A DNA stretch of 64,000 bases from Moniliella sp. 'wahieum' (taxonomy: Eukaryota), in the NCBI GenBank assembly GCA_003971905.1, contig RSEE01000023.1, positions 310,001 through 374,000 of the forward strand, in the 5' to 3' direction. How positions within the stretch are numbered: the stretch's first letter is position 1; each line of letters starts with the position of its first letter. The notes beneath the pieces were generated by a model. That model was not told the DNA's origin. It made no database searches and was given only the letters and a program-made list of their open reading frames with translations. The translations under genes and the position numbers were made by a program. This document shows positions 1 to 11,990 of the stretch, one piece after another.

Positions 1-1824
1 CCTCCACACCATCACCTTCCTCCTCCTCTAACACCGGTCCATTATCCAACACACTGACCAGCACAGCTCTCAGTTCCTCTCCACTCCGATCTTCGCTCAG
101 CTCCTCCCCTTCCTATGCTAGCAGCAGTTCCAGTGCCAGCAGCAGTGCGTTTCCTGTACCCACCGGGGCCCACCACCGAGGCTTATCCGGCGGGCAGATT
201 GCCGGTATTGTGGTGGGAAGTGTGTTTGGTGCGATCCTCCTCCTCCTCCTCTTCGGATTTGCAATCTGGTTTCTCCGCCGACGAACCAAAGCGCAATCGA
301 AGTACAACAACACGGAGGTGCCTACCTCGAGGTCCGCAGAGGCCGTTTCGCCTAGCACAGCGGCGCAGCCCCCGCCACCACCCCGGGAGCCAGAGCAGCC
401 CCGATAATTATCCCATCCCACTCGACCAATGCTATCGATGACACCACCCAATCACCTTTGTCCCCCCATTCCGTCGAGACGCCATCGAGCAAGAATCATG
501 CAGTTTCTTCCTCGGTCCGCCCTGAAGTTGCGGTTGGGCAGTACGGCGAACATCGAAACGCAAGGCAGTCACCCCACTTTCCTCAGAAGAAAGCTCACGC
601 GCCTTCTCCCGCTGGACGACTGTCGTGGCTTTCCCCCATTCTCCCCGGCCCCTGGGGCACCACTAGAGATGAAAGCCACCCCACCACGACGTCCTCCCCT
701 CAATCGTTTCCCGTGCAGTCTCCTCCTTCAGCCGCACCACAGGAAACTCATGACCCTTCACAAGCGGTCCCTCTGGCTCCCCTCGAATGGAGACGAGCCA
801 GTCAGAAGGCTCCCTTACCGAGCAGGGCGTGTACCTCCCTGCTTCCGACGGAGTCCTGCGCAGAGCAACGGTGGCACGAGGAGAAAGTGGCGGGTCACAT
901 GCCGAACCGATTCCGCAGAGGAGGGAAGGGCGCACATCTGTGTCGGATGATGCCTTATTGGCCCCCACCTCAGCGCTCGGCAGGCTGGCTGCCTCACCCG
1001 TCGAACTCCGACCAGGAATGCAGCAGCCCGTGACCACCGACTTGGACCGTAGTTCCGGGGGGAGCAACGTTCCCCTGGGTCCAGAAGCGGCTCCTGCACG
1101 CAAATCGGCCTATTCCTTTCTTTCGGAAGGGACTAATCTTCTCGGGCCCGGCGCAGATGCCCCTTCTTCTGGATCGGGGAGCAATGAGGACAACACCGAT
1201 GTTTCGGGGCATGCATCGCAAGAATCGCACGCCCCGGCACCCACCCGGGGCCATCTCATTCTGCTCACGATGTGATGTATTCTCGTGAGGATGAAGAGCC
1301 GCGACCCGATATCAGTACACAAGGAGGGGGAGCGCGAGAGGAGCCCTTGACCGTAGGGATGGTTTCGGTGCCTTCGGGATGGGGCTCTAAAGAGAGAAGG
1401 GAGAGCGAGACAACGGCAAGTACGGTGGTGACCCAATCCTACTACCCAAGTGGAGTGGCAAGCACAGCAGCCACATCTCCTTCCCCTCCTGGGTCGCGGC
1501 GACAGAGCCACCTCCTCCGCCCCATCTTGCCCAAGACGAAGAGAAGAGCCCGAACGTCAACCCACCTCTCTCGTTACCCCGAGCCCAGACCAGGGCACCG
1601 ATCAGCGGCGGTTCACATTTGGTCCGCCGGATTCACCGAGTGAGATGCGAGCCAGGTTTGTCAGCGCTGGGGAGGTGCCCATGGGACAGACCCAAGCGCC
1701 CACCTCTTCTGCCCCGAGAAGCGGGGACACCCCCACCACGCCCCTCTCCCCTCTCGGCTCTTCAGACGGAGCCGAGCCGAGTGGGCAGACGAGCGAGCAA
1801 GACTCCCACCCTTCCTCCCACTAG
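1..1824 (+). CDS. 5'-partial single-pass membrane protein: Ser/Thr/Pro-rich ectodomain, one TM, long low-complexity tail (Mid2/Axl2-like architecture); frameshifted
   Basis: Ser/Thr-rich start, then GLSGGQIAGIVVGSVFGAILLLLLFGFAIWFLRRR (TM plus basic stop-transfer, ~180-285). A chain of overlapping Ser/Pro-rich ORFs runs to TAG at 1822-1824. Confidence 0.6.
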
Positions 1825-2715
1825 GGGCACCGCGGTTGAAATGGCCCCTCTCCTCTTCCCTCCTGCCCCTGCCCCTCTTCCCTGCTTCATCCTCTATAAC
1901 CCTGTGTAAACTCCAGGACCAGAATGTCTGTTACCCTCCGTTTTCCTGTGGGTTTTACCACCACTTTGGCTGTCTTTGGCCCGTCCTGTGTCCGTTATGG
2001 GTGCCGCGCGTCTAAGGTGCGCGCCTCTCCGTCTCCTTTTATTACTTTTCTCAAGGTGCATAATTCCTCCCTTTCGTTTCCTGTCGGGTTCGCGAAGCTC
2101 TCGTTGTTTTCGCTCTTTTGCCGTTGTGTGCATGCCCCTCTTCGAGATTGCATTCGCTTTTTGGGCACCACCAAGGTGGTCGCACGCCCCCCTCCTGCTC
2201 TTACTATACTCCCTTCATTTTCCTTTCACCCGTGCAAACCGTAGAAAGTACCAAACGCAACCGTGCAGAAAAGATGTGTGGACGCCACTGTTGATGACAG
2301 ATGACATGTCGATGACATGATGTGATGGACCACCCCCGTACTGAGTGTTGGAGGGTGTACACCTTCCTACTTTTCCTCCCGGTTTTATTTGATGTGCATA
2401 CCAAACACTGTGGCAACCATGCCAGATGGGATGACAGCGATGCCACACCTTCGCCCTTGGTCCCCTTGCTGATGGCAGGGTCTTCCCCGCAGCCGTGCCT
2501 GCGTAGAAAAGCTCGCTCCAAAGAACTGGTCGACGTTTGTCGCCAGGTCTGGTTTGGGGGGCGGTGTGGTGATTGAGAACAACGTTACATTGACGCTCCC
2601 CCGATTTGCTTCCGTAGGTTTGGAATGAAAGTGCGGTACAGTGCAGTCGGCATTCATGACGGCATCGTGGTCTGTAGCCAATTCCCATTCCACCCACCCC
2701 AGCCTCTATACCACG

Positions 2716-2756
2716 TCCATTTCATTGACAGAGCTTAAGGCTGGGACAGGGGGAAC
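2716..2756 (-). mobile_element. Isolated 3' end of the CRE-like non-LTR retrotransposon
   Basis: tccatttcattgacagagcttaaggctgggacagggggaac is almost identical to 7557-7597, the distal end of the endonuclease-encoding fragment. Confidence 0.75.
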
Positions 2757-3276
2757 ATATACTCTCTCGGGAGCTTTCCCTCCCTTTGACAACCGCCATG
2801 TACTACCGATTTCAAAGCACGAGAAGCATGCCACGTTCACCAAAAGGCATATTGCCCAAGACGAACAGCTAGAATCACATGCAAAGGGGAAAACATGGGA
2901 CAAAGACATCAAAACATGCCAAGCCGCGGGGATGAGGACGGCGAGAGGCCACGTGGTGCCGTTCAAGTATGTTTTTGCTCCTGCGTAGCTCGCGGGCCAG
3001 CATGCATACTCTTTTCCAACCGTCTCTTGGTCCCGGGTATCTTACTGGGTGGTGTAGTAGTTCCATCGTGACTATATACTTCAACTTCTTCTGTTCAACT
3101 GTTATCATCCTGACTCCAATTTGATATGGGACACAACCGGCAGAAAAAAGAGTGGTAAAGAGTCTGTCTAATTAAGCATGCAATAGCGAGTCAAGACGAA
3201 GCACTGGTGTAGCAAGGGCACAGAAAACGTGTATGGAGGGGCACTGAGGGTTTAAGGGAACCCTGTTGCGGACCCC

Positions 3277-4448
3277 TTACAGTGTGTCGGTCAAAGTTCC
3301 GACAGGTCGGCCATTGTAGGCCACTTCATACACTTCAGTGAAAAGCGGGTAATCTTGCGTCCGTCCCCTAGCAGCGAGGAAAAGGTGGATCTCCTTTGCG
3401 GTCACTGTACCCTGCAGTTTTTGGCCATTGAGCAGCTCCGCCTCCAACTCATCAAACGACTTGCCCGTCTTGACGAACGCCTCCGCCACCCGTCGGTTCC
3501 TCCCTCCATAGCACGTTGTGATCAAGTCAGCAACTCCGGCGGAGGTCTCGGTAAATGTCTCTGACTTGACAGGAAGAACTCTTGGGCGAAAGTCTTCATC
3601 TCAATCAGCCCAATCCGCATGATGGCGGCCTTGGCATTATCGCCCCAGCCCAGGCCATCCACAAGACCGGCAGCGATGGCCACCACATTTTTCAGCGCAC
3701 CCCCAAGAGAAACACCATACACGTCTTCCACCAGCCCCACCCGGAACTTGGGCGTCTCAAACAGCTTGTGGAACAGCTCTGCCCATGCTCTCTGGCCCTC
3801 TCGGTAGCCAATAGTTGTTTCGGAAAACTTGCCACGCGCCACTTCTGACGCAATGTTGGCCCCCGACAAAGCGGAACACTTGCACCCCAGGTACTCTTCA
3901 ATCACATCGGCAAAAACACGGATGTGGGTCGTCTGCACCTCCACACACCCTTGATCATGGAGATGGCGTGGGAGTGCGGAGCGATATGCCCTTGGAGCTG
4001 CTTGCACAGCCCATCGATAAATTGGTGGGGGTGACAAAGAGAGCAGGTTCGCATCCCGCGCCGTCTCGACGGGGTCGGGGCAGGCATAGATGTTGTTAGG
4101 CAAACGGACACCGGGGAGGTACTTGACATTCTCGTGGTCCGAGTTAATAATCTCGGTGAGCTTGCGGCCGTTGACCTCCTCCTCGTAAACGTACATCCAT
4201 ACCCGCTCTTGGAAGAGGTGCGGGAACCGGCGTACGTTATCTCCCACAATCTTGGCAATGGCGCTGCCCCTACAGAAAGGGGGGGGGGGGACAAGGGTGG
4301 AGTCAGTAGCTATCCTTGGCATGAGCGCAGAGGCTCAGCCTCAGCCACGGTAGAAAGTACACCAGGGACGACGGAGGGAGACGTACCAGTTGCCGGAGCC
4401 AATGATGGCAATCTTGAATTGCGTGTTGGCAGGTGGGACGGCGGACAT
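3277..4448 (-). CDS. GPD1: NAD-dependent glycerol-3-phosphate dehydrogenase
   Basis: [21 protein letters not shown], intron 4270-4386 (GTACGT...TAG), then GSAIAKIVG. Further motifs: [68 protein letters not shown]. Several 1-nt indels. Confidence 0.96.
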
Positions 4449-6304
4449 GGCGGTGGTGGAGGGGAGGTGGAGAAGGCTAGGAAGAGAATGGTTGGGAGAT
4501 GTCTGCAGCTGGTGGGGGGCAAGCTCTTTTCAGCGGGCGCTTCTAGATCCAGGCACCAAGTCGGAGGCACGGGTATTTGCGAGATGGATGACACGGAAAA
4601 TTATTGCCCAGCCCCCCAACGCCCCCCAGAGGATTAATGTCAGTCAGTCGGCTCCGGCTCCGGCTCCGGCTTCTGGAAGAGCCGGCGGCGCCCGAAGCAG
4701 GGGGCGAGGCAGTCGCGTGGCGCGCCGGATGAGCGATGAGCGCGACCAATACTATAGGCGCATTGCGTTGGGATGTGGGCCCCAATTCCTTGGTTCGGGC
4801 GTGTCCCAGCACCGCACTGAGCATGATTATTGAGCAGCCTGAGCTGTGCAAAGGAGTTCAGCAACCCGTCGACTTTTGAGTGTTGAGTGTTGCGTATCGA
4901 GCACACTGAGGGGCCTGAGGGCCTGATGAAGCACGGAGTTCTCAATGAGTCCGTTGCCAATTGCGCCCAGCGGGCACACGAAAGGCACGTGAAAACCGCC
5001 TGGCAGAGGCCAGCCACAGCCGGAAGCCAGTGGCCAAGAGCTTCAAAGCTTCTCAAGCTTCTATCGTCCAAGCTGATCACATGCAGATCACAAGCTTCAA
5101 GCAAGTGTCCAACAGTGCCACAGGTGCCTCAGTTCCACCCGGCCGTGTCCAACCAGGCCCAACTCTGCCCAACCCCGACCACCTAGCGACCCCACCAGCC
5201 AACCTTCAAAGCGTCAACCCACACACCACCTTAACAGTGAGCGGAACCTGCGTCCAGACTAGTAACTAGTAATAGCCGCCGTCTGCTGCTCCGTCAGCCA
5301 ATGCCCCTTCCGCCTAGGCGGTTAGCAGCCACGTGACGTACGGCACGTGATGCGGATATTGCCACTTCATTTGCACCGATGCCCACAACAGCTGCGACAC
5401 GCACCTGTTTCCGCCCTGCACTGCGGATCTCGGTTGGCTCAGCTGAGATCCAGGGCTAGTATACGAACAAGGGACGAACATGTCCAGTGGACGTGTTGAG
5501 CAAGCGTTGAACATTGAGCCGTCACGCCAATAGCATGAGGAGCTTGAAAACCCCTGGCTGGTGCCCACCACCCACCACACGCCCACCATGTCGGATGGGC
5601 TCAAACTCCTTCTTCCCCCCCAAAGCCACAGTGTGTTTAGCACACTCTCGGACAACTGTTGTGGGACAAGCTGCCAGCAGCGTCAAAAAGCTTCAAGTTG
5701 GCTCACGCCGAACGGCTGGTATGCCAGGTGGCCCACAACAGGATGGCAGTGCGGAACTAATCCTGCATGTCCCAACAGCCTCTATGATGATGTTCCCGTT
5801 CCCTTACTGATTCTCAAACCCTTTTCCGGGCCTCTGGGCCACCAGAACAAGTCAAACATCCCACACCGCCCTCCCACAGTGTGATTTCTGCCCTTGGTGC
5901 TCCATCGACGCCGGCACCCCTCATTAATGTCGACCTGGTGACCAAGACGCGGGAGAGTGTCCGGATGCTCTCCACATATACGTGTCCCAGATGTGGATAA
6001 TAGCGTGCTGGTCGCAGACTCTCCGGGAGCGGGACGTTACGGGGCGGGAAACGAACAGGATGTGATTGTGTGCAGAAGCGTCACCTTTTTAGGATGGGCA
6101 TACCTGCTATACGACATCCTTTCCACACCCCAAGGTGATCATGATGGCCGCCTTCCTCGTCTACTATACGCATGCATAGCTTGCCCCACAGGCTTTCTTT
6201 CAACACTACTAAAATGTTCTTTGCGCGCGGAGTTTCGCTCAGCGCTCACTCAGCTGTTCACAACAGCCCCTTCCTGGATCATGCAGATCATGTATCATGC
6301 AAGC

Positions 6305-6332
6305 TCAACGTTCAACGTTCAACGTTCAACCC
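6305..6332. repeat. 7-bp palindrome array (AACGTT-C)n
   Basis: tcaacgttcaacgttcaacgttcaaccc; exact reverse complement of 6793-6820. Confidence 0.95.
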
Positions 6333-6790
6333 TTCAAGCTTCATGGTACCTGAGTTCTGAGAACCTGAGGTCTGGCCCCTGGGGGCAGGATGACGTTGAT
6401 GATGGTACAGAGTGCGGGGGATACGGATTGGGGGATGTGTGATCGATATGCAACGAATTATTGTGGCGTGCAAGCATATAACGAAGTGCTCAAGATCTGA
6501 GACGAGGTACGGTCTGGTACGGCACCGGTACGGCGTTATATATGTACTCTTGAGTACAAGTGGCGCCGCCGGGTTTCACTGCGGCCTGGTCACCGGTCAC
6601 ACACTGGAGACAAAAATGCCGCCAGGGTTAATCGATAATCGATCGATTATAGATTTAATCGATTAGGTCTAGTTTTGAGACGCGTGATGGAATAGAATCA
6701 GAGTTCTGAGATAGATCTCTCATTATAATGATCCTAGTTACCCAGCGATGTCCTAAGTGCAGTTATGCAGTGGTAAAGAGAAGACAGGAG

Positions 6791-6826
6791 CTGGGTTGAA
6801 CGTTGAACGTTGAACGTTGAACCCAG
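6791..6826. repeat. 7-bp palindrome array (AACGTT-G)n inside an inverted flank
   Basis: ctgggtt-g-aacgtt-g-aacgtt-g-aacgtt-g-aacccag. Confidence 0.95.
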
Positions 6827-6839
6827 ACTGAGGATCACA

Positions 6840-6980
6840 GAAGAAGAAGAAGAAGAAAGAGAAGAAGAAGAAGAAGAAGGAGAAGAAGGAGAAGAAGGAG
6901 AAGAAGGAGAAGAAGGAGAAGAAGGAGAAGAAGGAGAAGAAGGAGAAGAAGGAGAAGAAGGAGAAGAAGGAGAAGAAGAA
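6840..6980. repeat. Pure-purine microsatellite: (GAA)n plus about 11 copies of GGAGAAGAA
   Basis: Directly visible; about 140 nt of A/G only. Confidence 0.97.
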
Positions 6981-7306
6981 AGTGGCACAAGACCAGAGAG
7001 GATAGGGATGTCGGCGTGGTGTCTGGATGTTGAGTAAGGTGGTCAGGATGATCGATGACCGGGAGAGGTGGCTGACCCATAGGATCCTGGCTATTGACCA
7101 TCCATGCATCCCATATATCTTGTGCATGCAACGATTCTGTCGAAGATGACAGAAAGGGCTTCAACTTGAACGGGAACATAGTATGGTGGGAACTGAAAGT
7201 AATGAAGAGGGTATACTCAAGAGAAGGCTGGATCTTTTTGAAGTACACCATCACGTATACTATTGGCACACCGGCCACGGCCGTTTGCACCAAAAGCACA
7301 AAAATG

Positions 7307-7340
7307 CACCATACACCATACCCCATACACCATACACCAT
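7307..7340. repeat. (CACCATA)n heptamer tandem repeat
   Basis: caccatacaccataccccatacaccatacaccat. Confidence 0.85.
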
Positions 7341-7556
7341 ACGCACCACATACATCTTTAATTCTTGCAAACCACACGGCCCTATCATGCATCATGCCGC
7401 ATTCTTAAAAACAACTATCAGTGTGGCATGTATAGCGTAGAGTACTAGGGGCAGATATCAACGCACATTCGTTGTGCACGTCTGTTTTTGTATGTAATAT
7501 TTGCTTACACACTGTCGGAATGCTCGAAACTGAGAAGTAGTATCTCCTGTGTTGCT

Positions 7557-8018
7557 TCCATTTCATTGGCAGAGCTTAAGGCTGGGACAGGGGGAACGCT
7601 ACGTCTAAACCTAACCGTTCATCTTGCGGGGGTTACTTGGGGGCGCTACCAGGGTCAAGGAACCAGGGGGATCGCCAGGATATCAGGACCCTCCGGCTCG
7701 CGCCATCCGGTCCCGTACCCTAGGTAGCGCGTGTGGACACGGATGAACGTGGTTGACATCCGAGCGAGGAACCATTTCCACTGAGACTTGGTAGCCAACT
7801 CCTTCCAATGCGCAAACAACTTGCCCGCTGTCTTGGTGCCGTAGTATCCTCGCGTCGTCAAAACCAGGGGGAAAAACCGCTCTTGAGTGCGTCCCTGGTA
7901 CTTGGCGTTCTTGTCGCATTCTGCTTGTTCAAGCATCCGAAGCAGCTCCTTCTCCCGGCGTTCCAAGGGGGTTGCGGTGCTCTCATGCACCACCCTCTGG
8001 AACGCGCTCTGCGCCTCC
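7557..8018 (-). mobile_element. 5'-truncated non-LTR retrotransposon (CRE/Cnl1-like): restriction-like endonuclease C-terminus plus 3' UTR
   Basis: ERREKELLRMLEQAECDKNAKYQGRTQERFFPLVLTTRG fits the RLE E..K..KY...F.P.....G pattern. A second diverged copy lies at 10667-11240; similarity between copies stops near 8018. Confidence 0.8.
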
Positions 8019-8019
8019 A

Positions 8020-10330
8020 GCATACAGATAGAAAAAAGAGAGTCTGATACAAAAAAATATACTGACAAGGTTCAACCGGATACCGCGTCTCTCATATACG
8101 ATTGTCGGAGCTTCCTATAGTTTCCTTCAGAGCACGGGACGCCACTATATATGGCGGTAAGAAATTGTGATAAAGGGGGCAATATACCTCCACACCCGAG
8201 AGACAGCATGAGTGACAAGACGGAGATGGGGGAAAGGGCGCAGATGGATTGCATACATCTATGGACGCAGAGGAGGTTATGTACCTCCTCAGGAAGGGGG
8301 CACAGTCGAGAGGTGGACACAGGATCTCCCAACTGATAAGAATCACGCCATAGTGCCCATACGGGTCTAGTGGCCAAGGGGCCCCTAGCACGGCGTGAGT
8401 CTGACAATGAGTATGGAATGGAGAGACGAGAGCTAGTCAATTGCTCTCGAAGAAGACACGCGAGACGGATGAGACACAGGGAGATCATGAAAATCCAAAA
8501 AGGGAATTTGAGGCAAGAGAAGTATGTGAGGGAGCAGGGGGAATTTTGCCGGTACCGTGGTCAACAGAATGGGGAAAGGGGAGAGGAAGGGAGGGGGGAG
8601 GGGAAGTCCGGCCGGGGGCGAGATACACAAGGGAAAAATTGATGCTTGTGCCACAACCTGGATGAAAGGTCGAAAACTTGCAGAGATGCAAAAAAGGTAT
8701 GAAGGAGGACAGAGAGGATGACCGAACGAAGGTAATGAGGAAAAAGCCGCATCACACGTCAACGGGAAAAGGGGATCTTACATCGTGATTGGGCTAAATG
8801 AAAGAAGAGGGGGTAAGGATGAGCGCACCGATAAGTCAAGGGGGGCAGCGTGTCATGTTCTTCTTCACCTCCAGTTGAAGGGGAAGGATTTTCCGTGTTT
8901 TTTGGTGGGCAGGGGACAGAAGTCAAAGCGGTAGCCAATTCCTCAGATTTAGAAGAGGGAGGACAGGTATGTTCCTGTTTGAGAGACGGTGGCGCGGAGG
9001 GACCCAACTTGGGAAGAAACAGATGCATCACCAACAAGAGCTACTGAGTCTGGGTCAGCTTCACGAGAAGGAAGCATTGGTTCCCACATGCTCTTCGGTT
9101 TGGCAGGTGCACCGTGGGTCGTTTGCTTGAAACTGGGGCTGCGTGTGTGCTGATCTTTGTGTTTCCCATTGGACTCGGTAGGAGCGGCTGCGCCTCCGTC
9201 GGACGTCACGCCCCTTCATCTCTTCAAGAATGATATCCCCTAGGTGGCCAGAAATTGAAATATGTGGGATGCGACCCAGGAAATGTGTTCGTCAGGAGAA
9301 TCCAGCGTTTCAGCCGCAGGAGGAGAGGCTGCTTCAGCTTCCGGAATACCGCTAGACCGAGGGAAAGGTGCGTTTATCTTTGCCGGAGGTGGTTTGGGAG
9401 GAGACGAGATAATCGGTGGGGCGGGGCGAAAGGAAAAGTCGGGTTTCCATTTGCGTCGCCTATATGTTGCATTGTCAAAACGTGAGCGATCGCAGGTTAG
9501 CAATGCGTTGCACAACAGAAGTCTCATCCGGGGGCAAAAACGAACATGTGCAAAAAGTGTTGCAAGTCCTCTTGCGTTCGTTGCGCTTCGACACGCCGCG
9601 CATCCAGTCCCTCGCCATGCAGGTTGAGATCTGCTGGATGATCTGAGCCGAAGCGTGAGACGATGGGGCCTTGCGATGTGGTGGCGTCTCCTCCAGGGGT
9701 GATGGAGATGGGGGTGAATTCAAGAGGGTGTGGTGGTGTCGGTAGAGAACGACGGACAGGTGGCATGGATGTTGAAGATGTGGTATGGATGGAAATGGCA
9801 GAAGGGGCCGATTGACTGCTGCTTGCCACGAGCGGAAGCTGGGGCGGGAGAGAGTTAACATCACTATTACTGTGTGTAGGCTACTGCGAAGGGGAGAGGG
9901 ATGAAGGCTGGGGGAAAGGTGGGGTTCGGGATTCTTTTGGGCTGGTGAAGCTGGTGCAACAAACTCGACAGAAACCGCATCAGGTTCCACCACTGGCGGA
10001 GGAACTTGCACTGATACTGGTTTTCGCTGCACGGCTGTTGGAACAGAAGGTGGTGGGACGGAGGTGATGGAGGGGGCTGGGGGAGAAGGGAGCGATGGAA
10101 TCGAGCCGTGGGGCTTCGAGGGAGGAAGCGGGCAACAAGAGTGTGGGTGCGGAGGTTGTGGCTGTGCCTGCGCATGCTAATGACTTGCTGGTGGTTGCGC
10201 GTCGGATCTTGACTTTGGCCAAGACCATCAATCAAGCCTGCCTCATTGGAGGCAGAGCCTTGGGCGAGGTCAGGCCCCCACTACGATGGAACCAGCGCGA
10301 CAGCAAGCCAATCTTGCCCATGATGATCGT
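8020..10330 (-). pseudogene. Decayed Pro/Ser-rich gene, possibly a Cdc25-type RasGEF relic
   Basis: Chain of broken minus-strand ORFs with in-frame stops (e.g. FQFLAT*GISFLKR*). Fragments LYHNF/LTAIYSGV, SEGNYRKLRQ and SVYFFVSDSLF occur in the order of RasGEF motifs NNF.S..AI..GL, S..NY..YR and G.YL.DL.F. Confidence 0.33.
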
Positions 10331-10464
10331 GGAGAAGATGAACAACAGAATCAGGAGTGCTCCAATATGCAGCCAAAGGGGGGGCGGGTCCAACACGTGA
10401 GGGTGTGTGTGGCTATACGATGAAATTAAGGGCTAAACGTTAAAAGAGGGTGCATATAATGGAA

Positions 10465-10548
10465 CCATATCATTTGACAGAGCTTTTTAAACTGCTTAAG
10501 GCTGTGGGACAAAGAAACGCTCTGTCTAAACCGGCCGGTACATTCATC
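10465..10548 (-). mobile_element. Diverged 3'-end copy of the CRE-like element
   Basis: ccatatcatttgacagagc...gcttaaggctgtgggacaaagaaacgctctgtctaaacc...ttcatc matches 7557-7623 and 10667-10735. Confidence 0.7.
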
Positions 10549-10666
10549 CGATTCAAGCTCTGATGTATATACTTTTTTGCGGGAGCATTTGGGTGGCGGG
10601 TAGCTCGGCAGTGGCGCCCATGGTGGGTGCCACAACCGCTCAAAAACTTTTTATCTCTAGACTTCA

Positions 10667-11240
10667 TCCATATCATTTTGACAGTGAGCTTAAGGCTGGG
10701 ACAGGGAAACGCCACGCCTAAACCGACCCGTTCATCTTGCATGTGCTGCTTGGTAGCGCCAACCCCGCTTAAGGAACCAGGAGAATCGCAAGGTGATCAG
10801 GACCCTCTGGTGCCTGCCATCCGTTCCCGTACCCGAGGCAGCGCGTGTGGACATGGATGAACTCGATGAACGTGGTAAGCATCCGAGCGAGGAACCATTT
10901 CCATTGAAAGTCAGTAGTGAAATCCTTCCAGTGCGCAAGCATCTTTTGCTCGCTGTCTTGGTACCGTAGTATCATCGCGTCGTCAAAACCAGGGGGGAAA
11001 ACAGCTCTTGGATGCGTCCCTGTTACTTGTCGTTCTTATCGCATTCTGCTTGTTCCACAGCAGCTGAAGCAGCCCCTTCTCCCGGCGTTCCAAAGGCGTC
11101 GCGGTGCTCTCATGCACTATCCTCCGGTACGCGCTTTGCGCCTCCTGCGATCTTATGTCGCGCAGCGTGTGGTCCACCTCCATTCCTGATCTCCCGATTG
11201 CTCGGCACGAGCCCCAGCTGACCGACGGGCCGTAGTCCCG
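10667..11240 (-). mobile_element. Second 5'-truncated CRE-like copy (endonuclease domain plus 3' UTR), degenerate
   Basis: EVDHTLRDIRSQEAQSAYRRIVHESTATPLERREKGLL and AHWKD...QWKWFLARMLTTF...HVHTRCLGYGNGWQAPEGPD align with the 7655-8018 peptide. Confidence 0.82.
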
Positions 11241-11589
11241 GTTGTCTCTCCTCGTAATTGTATACCTGCAATGGGTATATTTGTCACGCCCCGCACCCAG
11301 TATGATATAGTCTGCTTTTCTATAAAGGCGCGATATTGCTGGTGTGTTACCGTCTACCACTAAGAATACTATGGGTTCATCCGCCAAAGACAGACGGGCT
11401 ACAATGTGGTTTATGGTGAGATCCCCTATCCTGAGAAGAGATCGCCAAGTCAGTGAAAGATTTTATACGCAAAGCCAAGGAGAGAGTGCCGCCATCACGA
11501 ATTTCGGATAAGAACCAAGTATTACCGGCCGAGCTGCGGAGAATTTGGAAGACGACACATAATGCCTCGCACTCAACCTGCGCTAGTGC

Positions 11590-11990
11590 GTCGAGCAGGA
11601 CCGGACCAACAGATCTGGGGGATGGACTCCAGGTCCTGGGTACTTGCGTGGTGGGAGAGGGGTGGATTTTGTCGCGGATCGCGGCTCCAGGACCAACTGG
11701 CCACAGCCTGAGGCAGGACATCCCCAAGATTGATGGCATTACCTGTCAGGGAGACGCCTCTTGCAGTGGCGGTATACAGTCTCAAACCAATTGTTGTGCC
11801 ACCTGCTCCGCACCATGCTGATGGAGGGTGCAAAGGACGATCATTTTCGACGTGCTCATGAGCTTGCCTCTCCGGATGGGAGGATGCGGCAGCACGCTTT
11901 ACTCGTATGTTGCGCCCCATGCACGTGCTGTGGGCCAACGAGGTCTCAAGGACTATCTTGCTCCAAAGATCAGTCACTTGACTATAGCTA
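11590..11990 (+). mobile_element. Fragment of a CRE-clade reverse transcriptase C-terminal/thumb region
   Basis: DGLQVLGTCVVG, QLLCHLLRT and SLPLRMGGCG occur in the order of the CRE motifs G..vLG..vG, L.HLLR and LP.r.GGlG; frameshifted. Confidence 0.7.

Noticed and set aside
4690..5310. AGGGG/CCCCT STRE-like sites upstream of GPD1
   Set aside because: A 5-mer expected by chance at this GC content.
6734..7395. ORFs with poly-Leu, poly-Glu/Gly, SSP or FFS runs
   Set aside because: They are translations of the GAA/GGAGAAGAA microsatellite, with no other coding signal.
7598..7615. Telomere-like TTAGGTTTAG on the minus strand of the retroelement UTR
   Set aside because: Only two imperfect units, and not conserved in the second copy.
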